Notes: a model not told the origin generated them from the letters alone. Shown: positions 19,558 through 30,622, counted from the stretch's first letter. The stretch: DNA of 64,000 bases from a bacterium (GCA_963693055.1 OY843751.1:736001-800000), one strand, 5' to 3'. Numbers and translations: made by a program.

Positions 19558-20262
19558 TTAAATTAAATCAAACGCCTGTGCATATTGAATAATATCAACC
19601 AATCGGGTAATATCCAGTTTTTTCATTATGTTTTGACGGTGTGTTTTTACAGTCAATTTGGAGATATAGAGCCTGTCTGATATATCGTGGCTGGTATACC
19701 CCAACGCGATCAGTTTTAGAATCTCTTTTTCGCGTTTGGTGAGCTGGCTGAATTGTTGAAAATGTTTTTGAACAAAAATATCTTCTTCTATTACCCGGGC
19801 AATTTTTTTGCTCAAATGTCCAAATGAAGAAATGGGGTTGGTTATGGAGAGAATTAGACCGTCAGATTTTCTGATCTTTGAAGTGCTGAAATACCATTCA
19901 TATGAGGACTGTGCATCTCTGCGAAATCCCTGGAAAAAGCTAAATACTTCGCTGAAATCATTTCTCTGCAGGAAGGACTGTAAATGGGGGATAACAATTT
20001 CTGTGGAACCGGGATGCACATATGTTGCCTGAAAATTTAATCCCAGGTCCTGAATGTCTTTGACCGTCAATTCAAAATGGTTTGCCATTGTATTGTTGGC
20101 ATTCACTATAGAGATATCGGTATAAGAATTGAGATGTATGAATCCCGGAATCAGATCCATAGACTCGTCCATGGTCAGCTTTTTCTGATTGATCTGCTTG
20201 TCCAGACAGAAAATCTGAGCTTTGATCCTTTCAATGGTTTCCATTTCCCCAATAGATGCCAT
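19558..20262 (-). CDS. LuxR-family HTH regulator with N-terminal PAS-like domain
   Basis: C-terminal LTKREKEILKLIALGYTSHDISDRLYISKLTVKTHRQNIMKKL; upstream 'YVHP...YEWY' PAS-like region; no receiver domain. Confidence 0.88.
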   Translation of the reverse strand: MASIGEMETIERIKAQIFCLDKQINQKKLTMDESMDLIPGFIHLNSYTDISIVNANNTMANHFELTVKDIQDLGLNFQATYVHPGSTEIVIPHLQSFLQRNDFSEVFSFFQGFRRDAQSSYEWYFSTSKIRKSDGLILSITNPISSFGHLSKKIARVIEEDIFVQKHFQQFSQLTKREKEILKLIALGYTSHDISDRLYISKLTVKTHRQNIMKKLDITRLVDIIQYAQAFDLI

Positions 20263-20596
20263 AATTGCCCCAATTATGTTTCTTTATGAATGGTTATTCA
20301 ATAAATTAACATGTATCCGTAAAAAAACAAGTAAAATTAATGTATGGAGATACAAGCTTGTCTGTTTTTTTTCTAATTAGATTCACTGACAAATAAAATA
20401 TTAAATGTTATGCCATACATAATTAATGATAAGTCGTTGTTTTTTATAGATTTGAGGGACTATTCTGTCAAGTGAAAAAAGAGAAAAGTGCAATATTTGC
20501 ATTGGATTGATGGAAAATGAAGCAAGTTTTACAACAATCCCAATTTAGCAGAATTATATTGGTGTGCAAATTTTTAAAAGATATAATTGAAATAGC

Positions 20597-20625
20597 TTGA
20601 CAATGATGAATTAATTTGGTATAAT
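20597..20625 (+). promoter_or_regulatory. Consensus sigma70 promoter for the MerR operon
   Basis: TTGACA, 17-bp spacer, TATAAT, with an extended -10 TG. Confidence 0.85.
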
Positions 20626-20679
20626 CGTATGCGTTCACTGGTAGTTATTTTTACTTAAAAGTATACGTGAAGGTGCACT

Positions 20680-21402
20680 ATGGAGCCAAAAGCATATTTA
20701 TTGAAAGAGTTTATCGAGATCACCGGGGCAGGGCAGGATGATCTTGAGCTATGGGAGAAATTGAAATTAATAAAACCCATTGGATATACCGAAGAAAAGG
20801 TTGCATTTTACTCACATGAAACATTAAAACAGGTCAAAGACATTCAAAAGCTCATTGATTTGGGTTATCAACCGGAAGATATTCAAAAGATCATCAAAAA
20901 GATCGGGTTACCCAATAAGGATAAAAAGCCAAATAACAAGCTCAAAAAAGGCCAGTTTTTGACGGTTGGGCAACTGGCTGAAAAAGTGGATGTAAGTCCG
21001 CGCACTTTGAAGCATTGGGAAGACAAGGGAATTCTTATTGCTGATATGCGAAGTGAAGGTGGTTTCCGCATGTATGCGGAATATTATGTCTATATCTGTA
21101 AATTGATTTTGGATCTGCAATTGTTTGGATATTCTCTGGACGAGATCAAGACTATATCCGATCATTTCAGAGATTTTATTATCATACAGGAAGAGATTAC
21201 AACTTTTCCGAAAAGTGATACTGCTGAAAAACTAAAAGTAATGGATGATGAAATTGTCCGATTGCTGGATAAAACAGGTTTACTGAAACAGGGTATACAG
21301 CGCTGGGAAGATTTAGTTAAGAAAAAGAAAAAAGAGTTGTCAGCGTTAAAAAACCAAAATTTAAAACGAGAGGAACCTGAAGTGGGGGCAGACAATGCCT
21401 AA
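20680..21402 (+). CDS. MerR-family regulator with two tandem MerR HTH domains
   Basis: Second domain LTVGQLAEKVDVSPRTLKHWEDKGIL...RSEGGFRMY; a degenerate copy at the N-terminus (LELWEKLKLIKP...FYS...LGYQPEDI). Confidence 0.85.
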   Translation: MEPKAYLLKEFIEITGAGQDDLELWEKLKLIKPIGYTEEKVAFYSHETLKQVKDIQKLIDLGYQPEDIQKIIKKIGLPNKDKKPNNKLKKGQFLTVGQLAEKVDVSPRTLKHWEDKGILIADMRSEGGFRMYAEYYVYICKLILDLQLFGYSLDEIKTISDHFRDFIIIQEEITTFPKSDTAEKLKVMDDEIVRLLDKTGLLKQGIQRWEDLVKKKKKELSALKNQNLKREEPEVGADNA

Positions 21403-22849
21403 GATCACTTTTATTGAACCCAAGGCACCCAATTTACACATTTTTTCAATGTTTAAACTGCCCCGGTTAGGCAGTTTAATTTTGGGGGCCATGATGAAAG
21501 ATAGAGGATGGCAGGTTGATGTAATTGTTGAAGAAAAACGGGAAATTGATTTTGAATTATTAAAAGAGTCAGAGCTGGTAGCCATTTCTACCATTACCTC
21601 AACAGCGCCACGGGCATATGCTATTGCAGACCGTGTACGTGATGAGGGCGGTACGGTTTTGATGGGTGGCCCGCATGTTACTTTTTTAACCGATGAAGCG
21701 CTTGATCATGCTGATTTTGTTATTAGAGGAGAGGGAGAACAGGCCTTGATGGAGTTTGTTGATGCCTGGGAAAGCGATATGGATTTTTCACAGGTTTCCA
21801 ACCTGTCATATCATTCACCATATGGAACTGCTCACAATCCGTTCGCTTGTCATGTGGCAAATCTGGATGTCATTCCTTTTGCGGATCTGTCTTTGATTAA
21901 AAAACAGATGAACCGGGTGGCGGGAAAAATGATTATCCCAATGCAGTTGTCTCGTGGCTGTCCGTTTGATTGTTCATTCTGCTCAGTAACCGGAATGTTT
22001 GGAAAGAAATACCGCTATCGTTCAAATGAATCTATTCTGGACCAGTTGGCCAGGTATGATAGCCGTAAAAATTTTATATTTTTCTACGATGATAACTTTG
22101 CGGCGAATCCCAAACGCACTAAAGAATTGTTACGGGAAATGATCTCTCGTGGATTTAAATTCAAATGGTCAACTCAGGTGCGAGTAGATATTGCCAGAGA
22201 CCTGGACCTGGTTCGATTGATGAAACAAGCTGGTTGTCATACCCTGTTTATAGGATTTGAATCTGTAAATCCTGATAGTCTGGAAGAGATGAAGAAAAAG
22301 CAAACCGTAAGTGATATGCTAAAAGCAGTCAAGGTGTTGCGCAAGCAAAAGATCAATGTACATGGGATGTTTGTTTATGGCTTTGATCATGATACTGTTA
22401 AAAGCGCCCGGGATACAGTAAAATTTGCAAAACAGGCAAAACTCATGTCCGCTCAATTTTTGATTCTAACTCCGTTACCCGGATCAGAGTTTTATAATAC
22501 GCTGGACGCTGAAAGACGGATATTGTTCAAAGACTGGTCACTTTATGACGCGCACCATGCAGTTTTTAAACCCAAAAATATGACACTGTCAGAATTGCAG
22601 CAAATGCAAATTTACAGTCATCGCGCATTTTATTCACCTTTGCAGACATTGTTCAAGTTTTTTCATGCAAAATGGGAGGATGTGGGGTTGGCGCATTATG
22701 CCCGCAGATTAAATATCTTGTGGCAAAAACGGAATTTAAAATTTGTTAAAGTAATTGATCTGCTTACACCAAATGCAGATGCAGATATTAAAGTGGAATA
22801 TAAAACGATTATACAATTGGATAAAAAGAAAACGATTTTTAATACCTAA
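21395..22849 (+). CDS. B12-binding radical SAM protein
   Basis: N-terminal cobalamin-binding region (MGGPHVT, GEGE), SRGCPFDCSFC cluster motif, YDDNF, IGFES, LTPLPGS. Confidence 0.92.
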   Translation: MPKITFIEPKAPNLHIFSMFKLPRLGSLILGAMMKDRGWQVDVIVEEKREIDFELLKESELVAISTITSTAPRAYAIADRVRDEGGTVLMGGPHVTFLTDEALDHADFVIRGEGEQALMEFVDAWESDMDFSQVSNLSYHSPYGTAHNPFACHVANLDVIPFADLSLIKKQMNRVAGKMIIPMQLSRGCPFDCSFCSVTGMFGKKYRYRSNESILDQLARYDSRKNFIFFYDDNFAANPKRTKELLREMISRGFKFKWSTQVRVDIARDLDLVRLMKQAGCHTLFIGFESVNPDSLEEMKKKQTVSDMLKAVKVLRKQKINVHGMFVYGFDHDTVKSARDTVKFAKQAKLMSAQFLILTPLPGSEFYNTLDAERRILFKDWSLYDAHHAVFKPKNMTLSELQQMQIYSHRAFYSPLQTLFKFFHAKWEDVGLAHYARRLNILWQKRNLKFVKVIDLLTPNADADIKVEYKTIIQLDKKKTIFNT

Positions 22850-22859
22850 GGAGATGATT

Positions 22860-23510
22860 ATGGCAAAACCTGTTCGCGAATTATATATTGGTTTGACTCA
22901 TGTTGTGGGTGCAGCATTGTCTATTGCTGGTTTAGTATTACTTGTAGTACGCGCAAGTTTGCAGGGAACGGCGTGGCATGTGGTATCTTTTACTATTTTT
23001 GGTACCGGACTGGTGCTGCTTTATACATTCAGTTCATTGTATCACTGGTTAAATTTATCAGAAAAGGGCATCAAGTTCTGGCGGATTATGGACCATGTAA
23101 TGATATATTTTTTAATTGCCGCAACCTATACACCCATTTGTCTTGTACCGTTACGCGGCGGTTGGGGCTGGAGTCTGTTCGGAATTGTTTGGGGATTGGC
23201 CATTGTTGGAATCCTTTTTTCAATTTTCTGGATACATGCCCCACGAAAATTCTATACGGCATTATATATTCTGTTAGGCTGGATGGTTGTTATTGGTTTG
23301 GTGCCTTTGAATAAAGCAATGCCTGTGGGGGGGATGTTGTGGCTTTTTGTTGGTGGTTTGTTGTATAGTATTGGTGGTGTGATCTATGGATACAAAAAGC
23401 CAAATCCTTTTCCTGTAAAATTTGGTTTTCATGGGATCTTTCATATATTTGTACTATTGGGGAGTATGGCCCACTTTATAGTTATTTACAAGTATATAAT
23501 TCAATTATAA
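22860..23510 (+). CDS. Hemolysin III / PAQR-family membrane protein
   Basis: LTH, SSLYH, DHVMIYFLIAATYTP and HGIFHIFV motifs; 7 TM; AAGGAG RBS before ATG 22860. Confidence 0.92.
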   Translation: MAKPVRELYIGLTHVVGAALSIAGLVLLVVRASLQGTAWHVVSFTIFGTGLVLLYTFSSLYHWLNLSEKGIKFWRIMDHVMIYFLIAATYTPICLVPLRGGWGWSLFGIVWGLAIVGILFSIFWIHAPRKFYTALYILLGWMVVIGLVPLNKAMPVGGMLWLFVGGLLYSIGGVIYGYKKPNPFPVKFGFHGIFHIFVLLGSMAHFIVIYKYIIQL

Positions 23511-23536
23511 GCAACTCTGGGGGAGTTGCTTTTTTT
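23509..23536 (+). terminator. Intrinsic terminator between convergent genes
   Basis: AAGCAACTC / GAGTTGCTT stem plus T-run. Confidence 0.75.
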
Positions 23537-26381
23537 ATGTTGTGGTTTTATTCTGCCGGTCTTTGAATGTTATGGCCCACTTTAATCCGGAATTGAGTTT
23601 TGTTAACTCTGCCTTTCCTTTTAACTGTTTTTCAGCAATTGCATATATAAGCTGTATTCCCAACGATTTTTTACCCAACTGTTCAAGATCGCCAATAAGC
23701 CCTACTCCGTTATCTGATATGACAAGATCTAATGTATTATTCTTGTTCCGAAAGAATTCAATTGTTATAGTACCTGACATGTTGTCAGGAAAAGCGTGTT
23801 TAAATGCATTGGAGATTATCTCATTTACCAGCAGTCCGCAAGGGATCGCTATATCCAAAATTACCGGTATAGGTTGCAGTTTAAATTCGGTATGAACATT
23901 GGGTGTGTAAATAGAATAGCTGTTGATTAACACATGTGTTAATTCACTGATATAGTCTGCCATATTTATACTGGCAAGGTTTTCTGATTGATATAATTTC
24001 TGGTGTACCAATGCCATTGAATAAATTCGGTTTTCTGTCTCCGTGAAAATTGTTTTTAAAGATTTGTCGGTTATAGATGCCGATTGTAAAGCCAGCATAG
24101 ATATAATGACCTGCATATTGTTTTTCGTCCGGTGATATAGCTCTTTTAACAAAGCTTCTTTTTCAGTTAAAGAGTCTTTTACCTTTTGTTCAGCCTCGAC
24201 CCTTGCAGTAACATCATTCATGATCCATATCTCGTATGGATCATGACGATAGCCAATGAACTCGATCTGTTTAACGGTTTTGTCTTTGCAATTTATTGGA
24301 ACTGTACAGGGTCTGTTAAAATTTTTATTTCGATCTTGCATGTAGAGTTTGTAATGTTTTCCATGATCCTGGGGGTGTACTTTGATAAACCAGTCTGTTT
24401 TTGTGGATATTTCTTCATTTGTGTAACCTATAAGATCTTTTGCTTTGGGATTTAAATAAAACATTTGTTCTTCAATAAAGACAGCTCCTGATGGCAGGTT
24501 TTCTACCATAAATTTTAACCGCAGCTCACTTTCTTTCAAGGTTTTTTCAAAAGCAAATCTGGCTATGGTGTCTCCAATTTGAGCTGTGAGTATTTCTATA
24601 ACTTGCTGCGTGAAATCTGATAGGTTCTCATATTGATGCGATGCAAGATGTATGCTGCCAAGAGTTTGACCTTTGTGTTTGATTGGAATTACACTGAAGG
24701 ATTTTATACCTTCATTCTTGAGCACAGTTTTAAAGGGCTCTTGCATAGTATTTACATGTGAAAATAATGCATTCCCATTATTGAGCATGTTATGAAGGGG
24801 AGAGTCAGATTCTAGTAAACTCACTTTATCCTGAAATTCTTTTCCAACACCTATATTGTTAAACAAATTTAGATTACCGGTTTCAAAATCGAATAAATAT
24901 ATACCCCCTGAATCCATATCTGATAGTTGAATTATAGATTTTAAGAATAATTCAAGTCCAGAGTCAATGTCTGTTATTCCACTTAGTTTCATGACGAGCT
25001 CACGACTGGCATAAATAATTTTTTGCAATTGTTTATGCTCTGTCAGGTCCTGAATAGTACAAATCATCCCGTTAAAGGTATTGTTGGTTAGTAAAGGTAT
25101 AAGCCAGCCCGATTGAAAAGAACTCTTGTTCGAAAGTGTAACGAGCTCAATGTCATAAAATACCGGCTTTTGGGTGTTTTTTGCTTCAAGATAATGTTTT
25201 TTAAATTCCCTATTTGTCTTGTCTTCAAAATCTTTAAGAATATTTTGGCCAGTAATTTGATCTATGGAAACTCCTGCTATTTTAGCCATACCTGTATTCG
25301 AATAAATGATATAGTCATTTGCATCAGATACCCAGATTCCTTCATGAACGGTTTCGAGAATTTTTTCATAAAAATCTTTTTGATAATTTAGCTCATTTTG
25401 CATTGCATGTAATTCAGTAACATCAAGCCCAACTGCCCAAGTATGCCAACCTGAGATTGGGAAAACGTCTGATTGGTTCGACCATGAAATGAGGCGTTTT
25501 TTGCCATCTTTACAGGTTATCTCTAGTTTCCAGTTTCGGTAATTAAAGATATTGAATTCGAGACCATCCATGAGCTGTTTTCTGTATTCATCATCCGGAT
25601 AAAGTAACTCGAAAGCGTTGGCATTATTAATGATCTCATTTGCTTTATAACCTGATATCTGTTCACATTCACGATTCCAGGCAATAAAGTTATGGTCTTC
25701 ATCAAGTGCATTCAACATTACAGGCATGTTTTGAATTATATGTGAGAGTTTTTGCTCATTTTTTTCAAACTCTGTATGCATACGTTCAAAAAAGAGGATG
25801 AGGAATCCCATTGCTGCCAGAACCGCCAATATTGCTCCAACCAGGAAACCCCAGGGAGCAAACCATTCTGCGTTACGGAGAAAAGGGTAATCAAGTTTAT
25901 GAAAACCCCAGATTATAAAGATGTAAACAATAAGTTGTTTTAAACCCCCTGAAATAAGTTTAGATTTGTAGATATAAAAAGCTGTAATGAAATATATAAC
26001 CGCTACAAATAAAAAAATCGGTACGGTGAGTTTAGTAAAAGAGATCCCCAATAGAGTAGCTGAAATGATCCAAAGGATTAATAACATCCACAAATAAAAC
26101 CAGGATTTGTGTATATTTTTGTTCAGGAATTCCATTGTGCCCCATAACAGGAAAAAGCTGCTTGTGAGGATAATGGCCTGGATTACAGGTGTAACTATGG
26201 GTAACATGCTGTAAAAGGAGACAATTACGAAAATGAACCGGGTTGAGTAGATGGCCCAGCTGATGGTCCAGATTCCAAGGAAAGAGTATTTGTATTTATA
26301 ATAGAGATAGAAAAATACAAGGGTTAAAATGAGTGAACCAGAAAGCGTTGCAATAACAGAGGGTAACATCCACATAATCAT
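23535..26381 (-). CDS. Membrane PAS/GAF sensor histidine kinase (HisKA_2 type)
   Basis: About 7 N-terminal TM helices, PAS x3 and GAF, LLKELYHRTKNNMQVI H-box, NEIISNAFKHAF, DNGVG. Confidence 0.9.
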   Translation of the reverse strand: MIMWMLPSVIATLSGSLILTLVFFYLYYKYKYSFLGIWTISWAIYSTRFIFVIVSFYSMLPIVTPVIQAIILTSSFFLLWGTMEFLNKNIHKSWFYLWMLLILWIISATLLGISFTKLTVPIFLFVAVIYFITAFYIYKSKLISGGLKQLIVYIFIIWGFHKLDYPFLRNAEWFAPWGFLVGAILAVLAAMGFLILFFERMHTEFEKNEQKLSHIIQNMPVMLNALDEDHNFIAWNRECEQISGYKANEIINNANAFELLYPDDEYRKQLMDGLEFNIFNYRNWKLEITCKDGKKRLISWSNQSDVFPISGWHTWAVGLDVTELHAMQNELNYQKDFYEKILETVHEGIWVSDANDYIIYSNTGMAKIAGVSIDQITGQNILKDFEDKTNREFKKHYLEAKNTQKPVFYDIELVTLSNKSSFQSGWLIPLLTNNTFNGMICTIQDLTEHKQLQKIIYASRELVMKLSGITDIDSGLELFLKSIIQLSDMDSGGIYLFDFETGNLNLFNNIGVGKEFQDKVSLLESDSPLHNMLNNGNALFSHVNTMQEPFKTVLKNEGIKSFSVIPIKHKGQTLGSIHLASHQYENLSDFTQQVIEILTAQIGDTIARFAFEKTLKESELRLKFMVENLPSGAVFIEEQMFYLNPKAKDLIGYTNEEISTKTDWFIKVHPQDHGKHYKLYMQDRNKNFNRPCTVPINCKDKTVKQIEFIGYRHDPYEIWIMNDVTARVEAEQKVKDSLTEKEALLKELYHRTKNNMQVIISMLALQSASITDKSLKTIFTETENRIYSMALVHQKLYQSENLASINMADYISELTHVLINSYSIYTPNVHTEFKLQPIPVILDIAIPCGLLVNEIISNAFKHAFPDNMSGTITIEFFRNKNNTLDLVISDNGVGLIGDLEQLGKKSLGIQLIYAIAEKQLKGKAELTKLNSGLKWAITFKDRQNKTTT

Positions 26382-26466
26382 TACTCTTGATTTAATACAA
26401 ATTGAATATTATTTCGTATTACCAATTTTGTAATTAAAAAATAATTTGTTAATAAAACAAGAGATT

Positions 26467-29307
26467 TCAGGATTCTTTACATCTGTTTCTTTCCATTTCT
26501 TTTTTCAAATACTGACCGGTAAATGATTTTGAATTTTCTGCAACAGCTTCGGGTGAACCCGTTGCAATAATCTGTCCGCCCTCATCTCCACCTTCCGGAC
26601 CCAGATCAATTATATGGTCAGCTGTTTTTATTACATCCATTTGATGTTCAATAACAATGACTGTATTGCCTCTGTCAACAAGCCGATTTAAAACTTTTAA
26701 CAGCATATTGATGTCTTCAAAGTGAAGTCCGGTTGTGGGTTCGTCCAGAATATAAATCGTTTTACCGGTGCTTCTTTTTGACAATTCTGTCGCAAGCTTT
26801 ACGCGTTGGGCTTCACCACCAGAGAGAGTAGTGGCTTGCTGGCCTAATTTAATATAACCCAAACCCACGTCATAAAGGGTTTGCAATTTATTACGAATTG
26901 GGGGGATTTTGTCGAAAAAATTGAGAGCCTGTGAAACAGTCATTTCCAAAATGTCTGCAATGGATTTACCTTTATATTTGATTTCCAAAGTTTCACGATT
27001 GTATCTATGGCCCTTACAGACTTCACAGGTTACATATACATCCGGCAAAAAGTGCATTTCAATTTTTAAAATACCATCACCTTCACAGGCTTCACACCTG
27101 CCGCCTTTAACATTAAAGCTGAATCGACCGGGCTTGTAGCCATGTATTTTTGATTCGGGTAATTGAGTAAAGAGCTCCCGGATATGGGTGAAAACACCTG
27201 TATAAGTAGCAGGATTTGAGCGCGGAGTTCTGCCAATGGGTGATTGATCAATGTCTATTACCTTGTCTACATGTTCCAGACCGGTAATGCTTTTGAATGG
27301 CAGGGGATTGGTTTTGCTGCCGTAAAAATGTTTCTGTAAAACGCGATAAAGCGTCTCATTTATAAGTGAAGATTTACCACTTCCCGATACACCGGTAATT
27401 GCTATGAATATACCTAAGGGAATCTCGAGTTCTACACTTTTTAAATTATTTCCCGTTGCTCCCTGCAATTTGATAGAATGGCCATTGCTTTTACGACGTT
27501 CCTCAGGTACAGGAATGCATTTGCGGCCGGACAGATATTGACCTGTTATCGAATTGGGATCATTGGTTACCTGTTCCGGGGTTCCCATGGCAACTATTTC
27601 ACCACCATGTTCACCCGCACCGGGACCCAGATCAACCAGAAAATCTGCACATTCAATGGTTTCCTGATCATGTTCTACGACAATTACTGTATTTCCCAGA
27701 TCGCGTAGTTTTGTCAACGTATCTATCAGTTTTGCATTGTCTCGCTGGTGAAGACCTATGCTGGGTTCGTCCAGGATATAAAGTACACCTACAAGCTGAG
27801 AGCCGATCTGTGTTGCCAGGCGGATACGCTGGGCTTCGCCGCCGGAAAGCGTTCCTGAGGCTCTGTCAAGTGTGAGATAATTGAGTCCCACGTTTTTTAA
27901 AAATCCCAGTCGTTCACGGATCTCTTTGAGTATCTGGTGAGCTATTTGTTTTTCACGTTCATTCAGTTTTACATTGTTGAAAAACGCGTCAGACTCTTTG
28001 ATGGACATGGAGGTGACATCCTGAATAGAGATCTCGCCTATGCGGACAGAGCGTGCCTCTTTGCGCAAGCGGGCACCACCACATTCGGGGCAGGGCACAA
28101 CGTTCATAAATTTTTCAATCCATTCTCGCACACCCTGAGAGTCAGTCTGGTGATAACGGCGTTCAAGGTTGTGGATAACACCTTCATACTTGTGGCGAAA
28201 GACACCTTCATGATTTCCGGAACGGGATTTATAGTCAAAAGAGATTTGTTCATCGGTACCATGTAGTAATTCATGCTGGCATTGTTCCGGCAAATCTTGA
28301 AAGGGTGTGCTGATTTTTTGTCCATGTTTTTCCAGTACACCTTTAGCGAGTGTAATGTACCAACCGTCTTTGAGTTGGCCCCATGGGACCAGTGCCCCAT
28401 CACTCAATGTTTTTGATTTGTCAGGTACAACCAGATCCGGATCAATCTCCATACGAGTACCCAGGCCGTTACAGGATGGGCACGCACCATAGGGAGAGTT
28501 GAATGAAAACATGCGGGGTGCAAGTTCTTCGTACGAGATACCGCAGTCAATACACGCATAGTTTTCACTAAACAGGTGCTCATCTCCGTCAATTTCACTT
28601 ATAAGTAAAATTCCGTTACCCAATTTTAATGCGGTTTCAACAGAGTCTGTCAGACGTTTTTGAATTTCCGGTTTTATGATCAATCGGTCAACAACAATTT
28701 CAATATTGTGCTTTTTATTTTTATCAAGTTTGATCTCTGATTCAAGCTCAAGATTTTCACTGTCAACACGAACACGTACAAAGCCATCCCTTTTGGCTTC
28801 TTCAAATACGTCTTTGTATTCGCCTTTGCGTCCGCGTACTATGGGTGCCAAAACCTGAATTTTGGTTCCCTGAGGTAATGATAATATTCGGTCAACCATC
28901 TGTTGAACCGTTTGGCGTTCAATTTTTTTACCGCAATTGTAGCAATAGGGGACACCAACCCGGCTGAATAGTAAACGGAGATAGTCATATATTTCTGTTA
29001 CCGTACCTACGGTTGAACGTGGATTTTTACCAGTTGTTTTTTGTTCAATGGAAATTGCGGGGGATAAGCCTTCTATATAGTCTACATCCGGTTTTTCCAT
29101 GAGACCCAGGAACTGACGAGCGTATGCAGACAAGGATTCAACATAACGTCGTTGTCCTTCAGCGTAAATAGTGTCAAACGCCAGAGATGATTTGCCGGAT
29201 CCAGACAGACCGGTAATAACAACAAGTTGATTCCTGGGTAATTCAATATTGAGGTTTTTTAAATTGTGCTCTCGGGCACCTTTTATAATTAATTTATCTT
29301 TTTCCAC
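26467..29307 (-). CDS. uvrA: Excinuclease ABC subunit A
   Basis: GAREHNLKN, two Walker A motifs ([18 protein letters not shown]), LSGGEAQR signatures and zinc fingers; GTG start. Confidence 0.98.
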   Translation of the reverse strand: MEKDKLIIKGAREHNLKNLNIELPRNQLVVITGLSGSGKSSLAFDTIYAEGQRRYVESLSAYARQFLGLMEKPDVDYIEGLSPAISIEQKTTGKNPRSTVGTVTEIYDYLRLLFSRVGVPYCYNCGKKIERQTVQQMVDRILSLPQGTKIQVLAPIVRGRKGEYKDVFEEAKRDGFVRVRVDSENLELESEIKLDKNKKHNIEIVVDRLIIKPEIQKRLTDSVETALKLGNGILLISEIDGDEHLFSENYACIDCGISYEELAPRMFSFNSPYGACPSCNGLGTRMEIDPDLVVPDKSKTLSDGALVPWGQLKDGWYITLAKGVLEKHGQKISTPFQDLPEQCQHELLHGTDEQISFDYKSRSGNHEGVFRHKYEGVIHNLERRYHQTDSQGVREWIEKFMNVVPCPECGGARLRKEARSVRIGEISIQDVTSMSIKESDAFFNNVKLNEREKQIAHQILKEIRERLGFLKNVGLNYLTLDRASGTLSGGEAQRIRLATQIGSQLVGVLYILDEPSIGLHQRDNAKLIDTLTKLRDLGNTVIVVEHDQETIECADFLVDLGPGAGEHGGEIVAMGTPEQVTNDPNSITGQYLSGRKCIPVPEERRKSNGHSIKLQGATGNNLKSVELEIPLGIFIAITGVSGSGKSSLINETLYRVLQKHFYGSKTNPLPFKSITGLEHVDKVIDIDQSPIGRTPRSNPATYTGVFTHIRELFTQLPESKIHGYKPGRFSFNVKGGRCEACEGDGILKIEMHFLPDVYVTCEVCKGHRYNRETLEIKYKGKSIADILEMTVSQALNFFDKIPPIRNKLQTLYDVGLGYIKLGQQATTLSGGEAQRVKLATELSKRSTGKTIYILDEPTTGLHFEDINMLLKVLNRLVDRGNTVIVIEHQMDVIKTADHIIDLGPEGGDEGGQIIATGSPEAVAENSKSFTGQYLKKEMERNRCKES

Positions 29308-29410
29308 GATGCTACCATTTTTTTATTCAGGTGAATAATAACAATCTGTTAATATAATTATTCCCCTGTTCAATATAAAGTAAATTGTATGGAAAAAAAT
29401 GAAAATTTAT

Positions 29411-29439
29411 TTGACATTTTGCAAAAAAACGAGTAGTAT
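29411..29439 (+). promoter_or_regulatory. Sigma70-type promoter for the TPR gene
   Basis: TTGACA, 17-bp spacer, TAGTAT. Confidence 0.65.
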
Positions 29440-29473
29440 ACTGAAACTCATTCATGTTAATAAGGAGCAAGGC

Positions 29474-30235
29474 ATGAAATATCTGATTTTGGCAGTACTG
29501 TTTATCTCAGTTAGTTTGGCAGCACAGGACCTTTCAGTTCAGGATTTATTGAAACAAGGTGATGACGCTTTTGATGCGTTTGATAATGAACGCGCAATGG
29601 TTTCTTATTTGAAAGCGTATGAAGCAGACAATTCCAATTGTGAAGCATTGTGGAAAATAACCCGGGCGTATGTTGATCTGGGTGAAGAGCTTGAAGGTGA
29701 TGAGCAAAAAGAGCATTATAAAAAAGCGGATGAATATGCGGACTTGGCAATTACAACGTGTCCCGATGATGCTGATGCGCATTTATTCAAGTCCGTTGCA
29801 TTAGGCCGTGTTGCCCTGGTCTCCGGTAAAAAGGAACAAGTGCAATTGTCTGCTACGGTTAAAGAGGAAGCTATGAAAGCGCTTGAACTTGATCCCAATA
29901 AAGATGTTGCGCATCATGTACTTGCCCGTTGGCATCGCAAAGTTGCAAATTTAGGTAGAATTCAAAGAGGATTTGCCAAAGTGTTATATGGCGGTTTACC
30001 AGACGCCAGTAATGAAAAGGCCATTGAGCATTTTAAAAAGGCAATAGAGTTGAATCCTTCATTTTTAAATCATTACCTGGAATTGGGTTTAACTTATGAA
30101 GAGACTGAAGAATGGCAAAAAGCCAAAGAGCAATATGATAAGGTTTTAGAATTACCGGCAACATCTTCAGATGATGAGGAGCACAAGAAAGCTGCCCGGG
30201 AACGGTTGGAAAAAATAAGTAAAAAGCTGGATTGA
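29474..30235 (+). CDS. Secreted tetratricopeptide-repeat protein
   Basis: AAGGAG RBS, signal peptide MKYLILAVLF, TPR motifs (AIEHFKKAIELNP; KALELDP). Confidence 0.85.
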   Translation: MKYLILAVLFISVSLAAQDLSVQDLLKQGDDAFDAFDNERAMVSYLKAYEADNSNCEALWKITRAYVDLGEELEGDEQKEHYKKADEYADLAITTCPDDADAHLFKSVALGRVALVSGKKEQVQLSATVKEEAMKALELDPNKDVAHHVLARWHRKVANLGRIQRGFAKVLYGGLPDASNEKAIEHFKKAIELNPSFLNHYLELGLTYEETEEWQKAKEQYDKVLELPATSSDDEEHKKAARERLEKISKKLD

Positions 30236-30272
30236 AAAATTTTTGCATTATTGTAAATGTAGAAAAAAGTTA

Positions 30273-30301
30273 TTGAATTTAATACTTTTTTTAATTATAA
30301 T
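30273..30301 (+). promoter_or_regulatory. Sigma70-type promoter upstream of gltB
   Basis: TTGAAT, 17-bp spacer, TATAAT. Confidence 0.55.
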
Positions 30302-30354
30302 AAGATCAGGATGTACTGAAAGAACAGTGGTGCAGTGTATCCTGATCTTTTTTT
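30302..30354 (+). terminator. Long hairpin with T-tract (terminator of the TPR gene or leader terminator of gltBD)
   Basis: AAGATCAGGATGTACTG pairs with CAGTGTATCCTGATCTT (two G-U pairs), followed by a T-run. Confidence 0.75.
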
Positions 30355-30622
30355 GATCTATCGATGAACGGATTTGACACAGAATTTCAATCCGCTATTG
30401 AGAAGAAATGAAAACATATATGATTCGATTCAAATTGAAACGTATCCGCTCAATTTGATGCACTCCTTTTCATCACATTCCAAGTGACATGACATAAAGG
30501 CTGTATCAGGTTGGTGCGGTCTATAAAAAATGAAATTGGGTTGATCTCCCTTTGAGGAACACCTATCTTTAACCCGGATTTTTTTAGCATGAAAAAGCCA
30601 GTAAAAGAACTTGAGGTTTAGC

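Noticed and set aside
29308-29400. Possible LexA/SOS box upstream of uvrA (CTGTT-AATATAA occurs twice)
   Set aside because: It does not match the CTGT-N8-ACAG or GAAC-N4-GTTC consensus and the context is low-complexity AT-rich DNA.
30355-30622. Glutamine riboswitch or Glu/Gln-rich leader peptide before gltB
   Set aside because: No glnA-motif consensus on the sense strand, and the only short ORF noted contains no Glu or Gln codons.
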